Part shown: positions 12,475-21,849 of the stretch, piece by piece
Layout: each line of letters starts with the position of its first letter
Numbering within the stretch: position 1 is the stretch's first letter
DNA from: Mayamaea pseudoterrestris
Lineage: Eukaryota
DNA: 64,000 bases
Assembly: GCA_027923505.1 (NCBI GenBank)
Contig: BROI01000012.1
Location: forward strand, 186,001 to 250,000
Direction: 5' to 3'
The notes under the pieces: generated by a model
Seen by the model: only the letters and a program-made list of their open reading frames with translations
The model's database searches: none
Told to the model about the DNA's origin: nothing
Position numbers and translations under genes: made by a program

Positions 12475-13125
12475 GTTATGGCTGTTCCTGCTGCTTGTAT
12501 ATATTGTATATCAAGGACAAAGGACAGATGGAAGGCAAAGGACGATAAATCGATTTCGCTTTGATGAGGCTTCGAGTGTCGTACCGGTATTTTTGATCAG
12601 TCCCGGTCGACCGCAGGCACTGCGATGTTCGGCTCTCTCCCAATTCCCAATACAAACATATATATCCGTTACAACAAGACGAGTAGCTTGATTAAAGGCT
12701 CGCTGCTACTGCTACTTCAGTGATTGAATAGAGTAGAGTACGGAATCTGTCGTTTAGGAACGAGGTGAGTGAAACCGACGAAACAAACGGCTCGATGAGT
12801 GACGAGATTCCTCTTCCTCCTTTGCGCGCCGTTTCCGTGGAGACTCTTTGTGAAAAACGAAGAAGACATGGAGAGGAGCGTATCAAGTATTTTCTCGATC
12901 ATCATTGCTCAACGAGCCTTGTCCATGCCGTTGTAATCCATTGCCGCGTCAAGTCATTGCGTCATAACTGGATGGTGCTTTTACACCTTGACGTTTTTCG
13001 CAGAGTCTCTCGTCTTGGTCGTCATGCAACTGATATTTTCGTTTGTTGCAAGTCTCCGTCTCATCACTAATCGTATATACTATCTCTTTTGCAGCTGCTA
13101 GACTGTCAAGGAATTCTTTTCAGAT

Positions 13126-14823
13126 ATGCGCGACCGCCCTTCTGGTGCGACGGCAAACATCAAGCGATCCGCCACAAACGCCTCTGCACGTCACAGTAAT
13201 TCTCATTCAAGCACTTTGAACAATAACAACGACCCATCCATGCTACTCGCTCGTGGCTACATTAGTCGCTACTTGCCGGCCAAGCCACTGTCGTCACTCC
13301 AAGCGAACGAAATTGACAAGGACTTGCTGCACTTTGGAGCCTATCGGAACGCTGTCATTTCGTATCGGCAGCAGTACTATTTAGCAGTCAATAATAATAA
13401 TGGCCAAGGATTGCAAGGAAATGCATCGCTTGGTCCATCGACGCTCGACGCGTATGGATCCTCTGCTGGAGCAGCAGCAAACAATGCGCCATCATCATTA
13501 GCTACCGCTACAGCATCAAACAACAACAACTCGCAGCAGGAATCATCAACATCACTCATTCACTCGCTCCCGGTGCGCATCGACCCTGAGGAGGAGAAGC
13601 GACTGCTCGCGCTCCGCCGCAAGATTCACCGGGCCGAGTGCTTGCGCGAGGACTTGGAGCAGCAGTACGTTTCGCTGCGGGCGCACTTTGTGCACACGAG
13701 TCATGTTTTGCAGAGTCAACTAAAGCAGCGGATTGACTGCGTTGGATTGCTGCAGCGTACCTTGGTGATACGTAGTCGGGCGGTGGGATTGATGCGGGCG
13801 CGACTGCAAATGGTGCGTGACGTGCATGCGTTGTTGATGCATCGATTGAAAGCAATTAGTTTGAGTAATAGTGATGCAATGGGCACTGATGTGGCAGCTG
13901 CTGCTGCAAGTGCCAATGAGGTAGCAGCAGCTACTGCGGATGATGCACTCTGCATGACATGGAGCGAAGTGGAGGAAGGTTTGAAGCAGGCGACTGCCAA
14001 GACAACGACTGGCGTCAGCAAAAAGCAAAACATGACATGGAATTGCACAACGGAACCAAGCACGCCACATGGAGTTCCGCTGCTTGTGTCAAGCTTGGCG
14101 CACTCTGAGTCGGCTCCCGAAAAGTCCATTGCCTTTGGAACCAATGGCGCCTTTGGCGCCAACAAGTGTTCCCTAACTTGGCTGCCGAGTCATTTGCCAA
14201 GTGACGATGAAGACGACGAGGACGACAATGATATTGAACATGAAATTAAGATGGACATGGATCCTGCTGCTGCAAAAGGTCTTGGCAAGGATTTGCTGGC
14301 AGTCGCTTGCTGCGCCAAGCTCCAGCAGGAGGCTGCACAATTACAATTTGAACTTGAGCAGGAGCACATAGGAAACGAGTCGCTTTGGCACAAAATTTGC
14401 CACGCGCGCACGAAGAACAACGAGTGGGTTGCCATGATTTGTTTACTGCGACAGGAGACGGAAGCAGTTATGCTGCGTCATGCCGTTATCACGGAGAGCG
14501 ACGAGGCGCAAGCGGCAGCCGAGCGCAAGTATTTGGAGGAGAGTGAGCGAGCCGCGCGATTGGCAGTTGAGCATGGTGAAAATGGGCATGCTCCAGGCAA
14601 TGGTGCAGTGGCAGCAGCGGCGGAAGATGGACCGGATAGATTGGGCGGCCTCGGAATGGATGACGATGGTGTCAATGATGGAGACGACGAAGGTAGCAAG
14701 GACGAGGAAGATGAAATTGGAGGCGAATGGGAAGGCAAGAAGCGACCGGCGTTGGAGGAGGAAGCTGTTGTCGGTGCTGGTGGTGGCGTTGCATCAAGGA
14801 AGAAGGCTCGTCGAAATGAATGA
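13126..14823 (+). CDS. Hypothetical coiled-coil nuclear protein (5' end uncertain, possible upstream exon)
   Basis: 565-aa ORF with coiled-coil segments, acidic tail and C-terminal basic NLS-like RKKARR. Confidence 0.75.
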   Translation: MRDRPSGATANIKRSATNASARHSNSHSSTLNNNNDPSMLLARGYISRYLPAKPLSSLQANEIDKDLLHFGAYRNAVISYRQQYYLAVNNNNGQGLQGNASLGPSTLDAYGSSAGAAANNAPSSLATATASNNNNSQQESSTSLIHSLPVRIDPEEEKRLLALRRKIHRAECLREDLEQQYVSLRAHFVHTSHVLQSQLKQRIDCVGLLQRTLVIRSRAVGLMRARLQMVRDVHALLMHRLKAISLSNSDAMGTDVAAAAASANEVAAATADDALCMTWSEVEEGLKQATAKTTTGVSKKQNMTWNCTTEPSTPHGVPLLVSSLAHSESAPEKSIAFGTNGAFGANKCSLTWLPSHLPSDDEDDEDDNDIEHEIKMDMDPAAAKGLGKDLLAVACCAKLQQEAAQLQFELEQEHIGNESLWHKICHARTKNNEWVAMICLLRQETEAVMLRHAVITESDEAQAAAERKYLEESERAARLAVEHGENGHAPGNGAVAAAAEDGPDRLGGLGMDDDGVNDGDDEGSKDEEDEIGGEWEGKKRPALEEEAVVGAGGGVASRKKARRNE

Positions 14824-14935
14824 GATGACAGTCTGAGTCTATGGCTGCTTTTTGAATCCGCAACAACGCGACATAATGAGTACTTATTCATGACAACGCA
14901 GCGTTTACTGTAGCAATTGTTATAGCAAGCAAGTC

Positions 14936-16051
14936 TTATATTCGTTTCAACGACTCGTTCAACAATGCCTGCACGGCTTGCGCATACGTTGGTCTTTCAT
15001 CGCTGGTCAATGCCACCTTGTCCTCCACTTGAACGACTTGATTTTGTTCATTCTTGATTGGCGTTTGCAGGATGACTTGCCACGGCTCTGGATATACGCG
15101 AAAGATCCATCCGTACACTCCCTTGTCTGAAACTGGCTTTAAATACAGCGCCGCGTCAAATTGCTTGTAGAAAGGTATTGTCTTGGCCAGTGCCGGAAAA
15201 AAGACTGTCGGATAGTAGCCGTCACGAACCTTGTCAAGGGCGCCATTGACAATCACCGTACATGCGTGCGCTGACGCATCGTTAGCAGCAGCAGAGGCAT
15301 CATGCAGTGCCTTGACGTTGATCCAATCCTCCACTGGTCCGCCGTTACCTGGTTGACAAACAATCTGAAGTCGCTTTTGACTTGCGTCGAGTGCATCGAG
15401 GCAGGAGCTATCCGCCAAAATGCCATTTCCACCAGTCAACTTGTTAAAGGTTGACGCCAGGTTGGATCCCCACGGAGTCGCCACTTGCTGCGCGTCACGT
15501 ACGACCGTTTCGCAGACGGCTCGAATGGATGTGAGTAACGCATTGCTTTGTTGCTGCTTCGGCAAACTTTGCTGGCTTGCCAGTTCCACCTCCTTGTCGT
15601 CTGGAAGAATCAACCATAGCTGTCGATTGTTTAGTTGTTGCTTGCGCAAGTTTCCGGCAAGCTGCATGCACCAGTTGCGATTGGCGTCGAGTTCGGAAAG
15701 ATTTTCAAAGTCGTCAAACTGCGTCTTGTCGCCAATCAAGGCGGGAAATTCCACTTCCATGAGTGAAACATTGTTCTGGGTGGCCTTGGTAATGGCGGAT
15801 GCAGCCATTTTGCAAAGCAGTTCGGGAATGGCGTTTGCTGCAGGTTTCTTGTCAAATGGACTGAGTCCAGAAGGGAGTTTGGTGGCGAATAGACATGATT
15901 TTGAATGAATTGGTTGTCGTTGCTGCTCATGCTGCACAATTGTACGCGCTTGTCTTGTTGCAAAAGCAAAGGATTCGACGATTCCTGCCGAAGAAAGAAG
16001 CAAGAGCAGAAGCGGCACGATTGGCTTGGCAGTGACACGTATTCGAAACAT
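14936..16051 (-). CDS. Plastid-targeted DUF1995 (LPA3-like) protein
   Basis: Signal peptide followed by ..ESFAF.. bipartite presequence; LMEVEFP, IVNGALDKVRDGYYP and GWIFRVYPEPWQV motifs of DUF1995. Confidence 0.85.
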   Translation of the reverse strand: MFRIRVTAKPIVPLLLLLLSSAGIVESFAFATRQARTIVQHEQQRQPIHSKSCLFATKLPSGLSPFDKKPAANAIPELLCKMAASAITKATQNNVSLMEVEFPALIGDKTQFDDFENLSELDANRNWCMQLAGNLRKQQLNNRQLWLILPDDKEVELASQQSLPKQQQSNALLTSIRAVCETVVRDAQQVATPWGSNLASTFNKLTGGNGILADSSCLDALDASQKRLQIVCQPGNGGPVEDWINVKALHDASAAANDASAHACTVIVNGALDKVRDGYYPTVFFPALAKTIPFYKQFDAALYLKPVSDKGVYGWIFRVYPEPWQVILQTPIKNEQNQVVQVEDKVALTSDERPTYAQAVQALLNESLKRI

Positions 16052-17120
16052 TTCACTACTCTAAAGAATACTCTGGTAGAATCGCTGTAGAACTAGGCTC
16101 TAAAGACCTTTTGTTTGCCTGTCGTCTGCAACTTGGAAGGCGCAATGGTGCATGGTGCAGGCGAAGAATCGGCACGCAGTCGTTGAGTACCGATCTGACT
16201 CGAATGTTCGCGGTGCGACAATATGCAAAGATCCCGCGCGTTGCAGCCAGGATAATGCCAGACGGAAGGCCTTCCCGACTATCTTGGTGGTACAAGTAGC
16301 GCTTGACTGCAGCTCGAGTCTTCTTCAAGCAAAAATAGCTTGGCGGCAGTATCGAGTGCCTTTACCGCTGCCAGTACACCAATCGTCTGGCAGAGATGCC
16401 TTCGGTATCGACGCGGTTGCGGTTGCGGTGAACAGCTATCCAGCTTGACAAACTAGAGAATGGTGCCTTTGCAAGCTACATTTGCTGCCTTTGCAGTGTC
16501 ATACGTTCCAACGTTCGATCTGGCAGGGGCGCGACTGAGTGCGTGAGAAACCAATGCTCACTGCTTCAGCCTCGCGCTTTATATACTCTACACTTTCGCC
16601 GCTACGGTTTCGCTAGATAAACAAACACTCGTAGTAGTAATGAACTTCATGGCGGTAGGCGTACGACGTACGTGTAAAGGAAAGCTAATTCGTGTCAACA
16701 AGTCTACATGCACAACGAACGAAGGGGGCATACATGCCAGACACTGTGTAATCAACTCCGAACCGATTGCTTCCTTCGACATACGGCCCATTGACGAATG
16801 ACCGCCTTGGTGGCCATTGCCAAGTATACAAGCTCGACAAGGCAGACTGGACGCCAGTTGATTCTTGTTAGTCATGGAATCAGCTTGACATGGCCCACGT
16901 GGCTCAATGGAAGCTTGATGGGCTTCAACCAAGTTGTCTAAAGAATAAAGCCATCACCGACCAGCTGAACCAAGTTGAAGTTGAACGTATCTACAGCCAG
17001 CGAAACGAGTCGTATAGCGTGAGAGTGTAGCCATGGACGATTCCATGACAGGATAGATTGAAGATCGGCATGAACAATTCCAACATAATTCAACCCGGAG
17101 TCTCCAGTACCGGGTTGCTT

Positions 17121-17356
17121 GAGGTACGTCATGAAAAAGCGCACGTCATTCAACTGTGGCTCTGACACGACCGGAGAGCCTTCGTTGGACTTCGCAAACA
17201 TTAAGTATCAGAATGACGAAGCCTTCCTTGATGAGTCATAAATGACAGCAGATAGAGGTACGTCACCCACGTTCAAGTAAGCCCTTGGTATCGTTTGGCC
17301 ACGTAATCAACGGATTACCGATGGCATAAGTAAGCTTGACATGGACCAGATGACGT
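17121..17356. promoter_or_regulatory. Cluster of TGACGT (bZIP-type) motifs upstream of the HMG-box gene
   Basis: ACGTCA at 17126, 17143 and 17260; TGACGT at 17351; ATGAGTCAT at 17231. Confidence 0.4.
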
Positions 17357-17504
17357 CCTGCAGTGAGGAGGAAGGAAGCGAGTCAAATGGTTTTCTGCGG
17401 CGAAAGATGCGCTAAGTGCTCACAAACGAAAGTCAACGATCAATTCGCAATAATAAGCTTCAAAACATCAATCTACTACTACAAGCAATAGCAGCCGCAT
17501 CAAC

Positions 17505-18803
17505 ATGATATCAACCGCAGCCCACGACAGTTTCCGCAACAGTCTCGACCCCGAGACGCAGCAGCAGCTTCACATGTCTCTGCAGGAGAGTCTGTTGAAC
17601 TCGCAGCTTCAACATTTCGGCAATGGCAATCTCCAGAACCATCACGTCTACCAGCAGCAGCATCAGCAGCAACAGACGTATCCCTATCAGAACGTTGATT
17701 TCGCCAAGGTCTTTGACAATGACGATCTCAATCAACTCTTCTACGAGAGTTTCAAGCACGACTCGCTCGAGCCAACGCCCATGGCTGGAGGTGCCGGATT
17801 GAGCAAGAGCAACTCCCTGGATGGACTCGCCTTGCTGTGCAACTCGACCAACTTTGGATCCGTCTTGCAGCAGCAGCAGCAAGTGAGTAGTAGTCTCAAC
17901 AATAACAACTACCAGAGCAGCACCCATCAGGTAGCAGCACCAGCAAGTAATCCTTATCCGCACCTTTCCCAGGCGAACGCAACCTTTGACTCCAACGTGA
18001 GCGCATCGCCCTACAGCTCCAACAATGGCAACAACAACGCAAGCAACAATCCCTTTGTCAATGTCATGCTCATTGTCGATCCGGCGACGCAAAAGGTGAT
18101 TTGCCCGCGCCAAACCCTCCAGTACCAAGTGGGTCAAGTCATGGAGCATCACGTGGTCGGACCTTCCGTCTTGGACAATGTCAATGCTTCGCAAGGCTTG
18201 GACATTCAACAGTTGATTCAGCAGGGCGTCTTTCACAACTCGTTGAACGCGAGTCAGTTGCAGGGACTCTTTGGAACAGGCAATGTGAGTCACTCGGTCA
18301 CACCGCCGCCGCCCACCAGTGACTTGGTGTCGTCATCGTCGAGCAGCGCCAGCGCCACGGGCTCCAACAACGACAAGAGCAGCAATATTACCGAAGCTAC
18401 TACTGCTTCCACTCTTCCCGTGGAACTCCCTCCGCTCCGCGCCTTATCGGCCTACAATTTCTTTTTCCGCGACGAGCGCGACCGCGTGTTAAACGGCGGC
18501 AGCCAGGAACTCGACGACACCAAGGCCAGTCAGTTGCTGCACGAGCACTGGGGCCGCGACCGCACCAAGAAGCGTCGTCACCGCAAGACGCACGGCAAGA
18601 TTGACTTTACCACACTCTCCAAACTGATTTCGAGTCGCTGGAAGGAACTCTCCGAGCAAGACAAGGAGTTTTACCGACAAGTCGCCGCCAAGGATTGGGA
18701 GCGATACCAAAAGGAACTCGGTGAGCACAAGAACAAGTCGCACCAGGCGCATTTGGCGGCGCATCAAGCGGTCGTTGATAACCATTTGGCGGTGGTGGCG
18801 TAA
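17505..18803 (+). CDS. HMG-box transcription factor with Q/N/S-rich N-terminus
   Basis: C-terminal PPLRALSAYNFFFRDER..KKRRHRKTHGKIDFTTLSKLISSRWKEL..DWERYQKE. Confidence 0.92.
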   Translation: MISTAAHDSFRNSLDPETQQQLHMSLQESLLNSQLQHFGNGNLQNHHVYQQQHQQQQTYPYQNVDFAKVFDNDDLNQLFYESFKHDSLEPTPMAGGAGLSKSNSLDGLALLCNSTNFGSVLQQQQQVSSSLNNNNYQSSTHQVAAPASNPYPHLSQANATFDSNVSASPYSSNNGNNNASNNPFVNVMLIVDPATQKVICPRQTLQYQVGQVMEHHVVGPSVLDNVNASQGLDIQQLIQQGVFHNSLNASQLQGLFGTGNVSHSVTPPPPTSDLVSSSSSSASATGSNNDKSSNITEATTASTLPVELPPLRALSAYNFFFRDERDRVLNGGSQELDDTKASQLLHEHWGRDRTKKRRHRKTHGKIDFTTLSKLISSRWKELSEQDKEFYRQVAAKDWERYQKELGEHKNKSHQAHLAAHQAVVDNHLAVVA

Positions 18804-19174
18804 TCATGAAAACAGAGTCATGTAGCAAGCTGCAGCCGACTAATGAGTCAAACGCAAGGCGACACTTCCAATTGTACACACATATCTCCAATATACATTT
18901 TCCAAAATGAGCGTGCCATCAAGAGCAACACGAGCTACGACCAAGCTGGTCGACCTGCCACGAAAGCTTGTACATTTTCATCAACGTGTGCAGGGCCTTT
19001 CTTCTAATTGTCAGTAACGAATCTATACATACATACTAATCTATACATGTTATTCGTTTTGTAACATCATACACTTATACAATAGCTTAATGTTAAACAC
19101 TATAATTGCAGCGCAGCAGGTAGATTGAACAGGTTGACACCGTTCCTACAACGCGAGCCATCCAACCAACCTTG

Positions 19175-21352
19175 CTAAAGGATGTCAAGCGGATGATCGT
19201 TGCTTACCGCAGCGTCCGATATATCCTTGCTCCATTCATAGACAAAGACCCGATCCAACATGTTGCCGAGCGATCCCCAGTCACTCAAGCAGTATAAAAT
19301 GTCACTCTTCAAGTCAATCGCCTCCTGCAAAATATCGGTAGCTTGCTGCTGGGCATCTGACGATGCAAAGTCGTCAAGCTGACTCAGTGATACAAACTGG
19401 TTGGCGCCGCTCGACTTATTTGACGACGTGAAAAAGCCAAGCAACTTTTTATCAAGCGAGTATGCAGGAAACCCAAGCTTTTGACGAGTCGTCAGTGATT
19501 TGTACTGCTTGGCAAGCACGTATTCAACTTGTTCGGCAGCAACAACAACAACTTCACCATGGTTGACAGCGTCACGAGTAGTTTCGAGTCGCGGCTTCTC
19601 CGGCGATGAAGCTGTCAGCGGACTAGTCGCTGCTCCAGCTTGCTGCCTCTCCGCTTGATCCATGGACATGCGGGTAAGGCTACGCTGCTGCAAGAGATGT
19701 GGTGGCTGATGGGAATGCCACGTTGGTGCTTGCTGCTGCGGCGGCGGCTGCTGCTGCTGCTGCTGCTGCTGCATTGGCATTGGTTCGTCAAAGCGAGCGT
19801 CTGGCATGCCGGGAGGCTGCAGATTGGAGCGCACGCCTTGTCCACCATAGTACCCTCGCGGCGGCACTTGGTTTGGATACTCATAGTTCATTTCGTGCAC
19901 TGGTTGTTGCGGCCGATGATGCAATGGCAATGGATTCATCAAATGTGGCAATGGGTGCATGGCGGATTGAGGCATCCAATATGTTGAGTCATGAGGTTGA
20001 GGCGACATGATGGAACCACCTGGCCGACCAGTCATGCTCAACGACGATGGGCAAAGAGCCTGCTCCAGCACTTGAAGCTGCTTTCGTGTCGTTTCAGAGT
20101 AGGTTGCTCGCATTCGATTGATAAATGTGTTTGGATTGTACATGCTATGGTATGGATGGCCAAAGTCTGGGTTGCCATCCTCGTTGCGCGCATATCCAAG
20201 GACCTGCCACTGCAGCGAGTGCAATCCATGGTACACCTCGTCCGCCCACTTGACAACCCCATGCATGGCTTCCAAAACAACTTCGGCATTATGATTTCCG
20301 TCGTTCAAAGGGAGCGGTTGGTGCTGATCGACAGCGGCAACGTGAGCATAAAGTCCAACCGCTGCAGCTGCCGTCGACGGCGTACTCGCCCGCGTTGCAT
20401 CGGCAGCAGCGAACGAATGCGACTGACCCATGTGCGTGCCATCCAGCGACGTTCGCTGTCGCTTGTTGCGCTTCGACCGCACCGACACGGCCGGTGTGTA
20501 CGTTGGGGCCACGACAAGGTTGGTATGTTGATTGATGGTGTATTTACTTTCGTCAGCCACGACGCGCAAAACAAAATCTTGTCCCTGATGGTTCTTGGAA
20601 ACATCCTCAATGCGAAAGCGAATTCTTGCCGTTTCCGTGTTCTTATCAATCTGCAGTCGCTTCTCCGCTCCAATGACGCGTAGTACATCTTGATTCATCA
20701 CACGAACTGGTGTTGCATGGTCATTGTCGGTGGAAGCGTAGCAAAGTGTCAGCGACAGTGCCAGTCGATGATTCTGAAGTAGTTGCGACTTGGATTCACC
20801 GTCCGCTACATCCAGCTCTACGTAAAACTCCATGCACTTGTCGCGACCGCCTTCATCCTTGAACCAAATGCTGCTCCATTCAGGCGTCGTTTGTATGCGA
20901 AGCTTGGCTTGTACCAGAGTCAACGGCCGCGTCAAAACTGGCGTTGCTTGCGCATCCAAAGATAAACGTATTTGAAAGGCAACTTCATAAATGTTCTGCG
21001 TTGCAGCTCCAGTCTGGAGCATCACTTTGCATTGTAGTTTATGGATTTTGCGATTGTTTCCAGAGTCAGAATGCTCCTTGTTGACAATCTCGATTCTTGC
21101 GTTCCGCGACGGACAGCTCGACGACTCCGTCGCTGCTGCTGCTGCATCAAACGCGCCAGCGTCTTTACTCACTTCCAACAGCTCAGCATGTACTGGAACG
21201 CCACCTTCGTCTACGTCGTCAATCTTATAGTGAATCTCAAAGACTTCCTCGACGAACAAGTATTCCGGAGCATGTTGAACAATCGTCAAAATGGCGGCAG
21301 CTCCAGTCGAGACTGACATGGAGCTCGGCGAGGAGGAAACCTTGTCAGCCAT
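19175..21352 (-). CDS. Putative CudA-like DNA-binding protein / transcription factor
   Basis: WFKDEGGRDKCME and RFRIEDVSKNHQGQDF..VSVRSKRNKR motifs followed by a Q/P-rich region; family call from recalled motif similarity. Confidence 0.65.
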   Translation of the reverse strand: MADKVSSSPSSMSVSTGAAAILTIVQHAPEYLFVEEVFEIHYKIDDVDEGGVPVHAELLEVSKDAGAFDAAAAATESSSCPSRNARIEIVNKEHSDSGNNRKIHKLQCKVMLQTGAATQNIYEVAFQIRLSLDAQATPVLTRPLTLVQAKLRIQTTPEWSSIWFKDEGGRDKCMEFYVELDVADGESKSQLLQNHRLALSLTLCYASTDNDHATPVRVMNQDVLRVIGAEKRLQIDKNTETARIRFRIEDVSKNHQGQDFVLRVVADESKYTINQHTNLVVAPTYTPAVSVRSKRNKRQRTSLDGTHMGQSHSFAAADATRASTPSTAAAAVGLYAHVAAVDQHQPLPLNDGNHNAEVVLEAMHGVVKWADEVYHGLHSLQWQVLGYARNEDGNPDFGHPYHSMYNPNTFINRMRATYSETTRKQLQVLEQALCPSSLSMTGRPGGSIMSPQPHDSTYWMPQSAMHPLPHLMNPLPLHHRPQQPVHEMNYEYPNQVPPRGYYGGQGVRSNLQPPGMPDARFDEPMPMQQQQQQQQPPPQQQAPTWHSHQPPHLLQQRSLTRMSMDQAERQQAGAATSPLTASSPEKPRLETTRDAVNHGEVVVVAAEQVEYVLAKQYKSLTTRQKLGFPAYSLDKKLLGFFTSSNKSSGANQFVSLSQLDDFASSDAQQQATDILQEAIDLKSDILYCLSDWGSLGNMLDRVFVYEWSKDISDAAVSNDHPLDIL

Positions 21353-21765
21353 CAGCAGATCAGTAAGGAACAGGCGATGTTACGGATTGATGCAGACTGC
21401 CTCGCCGTCGGCAGCGAAAAAAAGTGTGACAGCAGCAACGTGTGTGGTTGCCGAAGCTTCCGTGGAAGAAAGGTCGAGAATGAAAGCGAAGAATCCGTGT
21501 CACCACCACTATCGAGTCTACCGCAATCACTACCGGTAGCACTACCACTACTATACCGCTACAAGTTGCTGCGTTGACTCTTTCTCGTGCGCTCGGCGTT
21601 TCACCTGTGACAAGGCTTCCGCTTGGCTGGACTGCAAACCTCGGTTGGGCGTCTCAAGTTTGGCGCATCGCCGAATCGTCTTTTCTGTCTTAGTGGTTAT
21701 GAAATGCTTGAAACTGGCGTCAGCTGTTTCATAATTTATCACTCGTGCATAAAAGTTACCTACGG

Positions 21766-21788
21766 CAAGTTGCGGGGGGACGCACTTG
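21766..21788 (-). other. Candidate Helitron 3'-subterminal hairpin
   Basis: CAAG(T)TGCG-GGGGGA-CGCACTTG (8-bp stem with one bulge) ~60 nt after the Rep/Hel stop, followed on the minus strand by CCGTAGGTAACTTTT. Confidence 0.55.
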
Positions 21789-21849
21789 TATGCAGCGCAT
21801 AATTTTTTGGGAAGATGGGCTAAGTGTATAATGTCGCTAAGTAGATGTA

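Noticed and set aside
16056..17201. Short ORFs in the DUF1995-HMG intergenic region
   Set aside because: No homology cues or coding-like composition; treated as regulatory DNA.
17511..20688. Long antisense ORFs over the HMG-box and CudA-like genes
   Set aside because: Shadow ORFs produced by the codon bias of the real genes.
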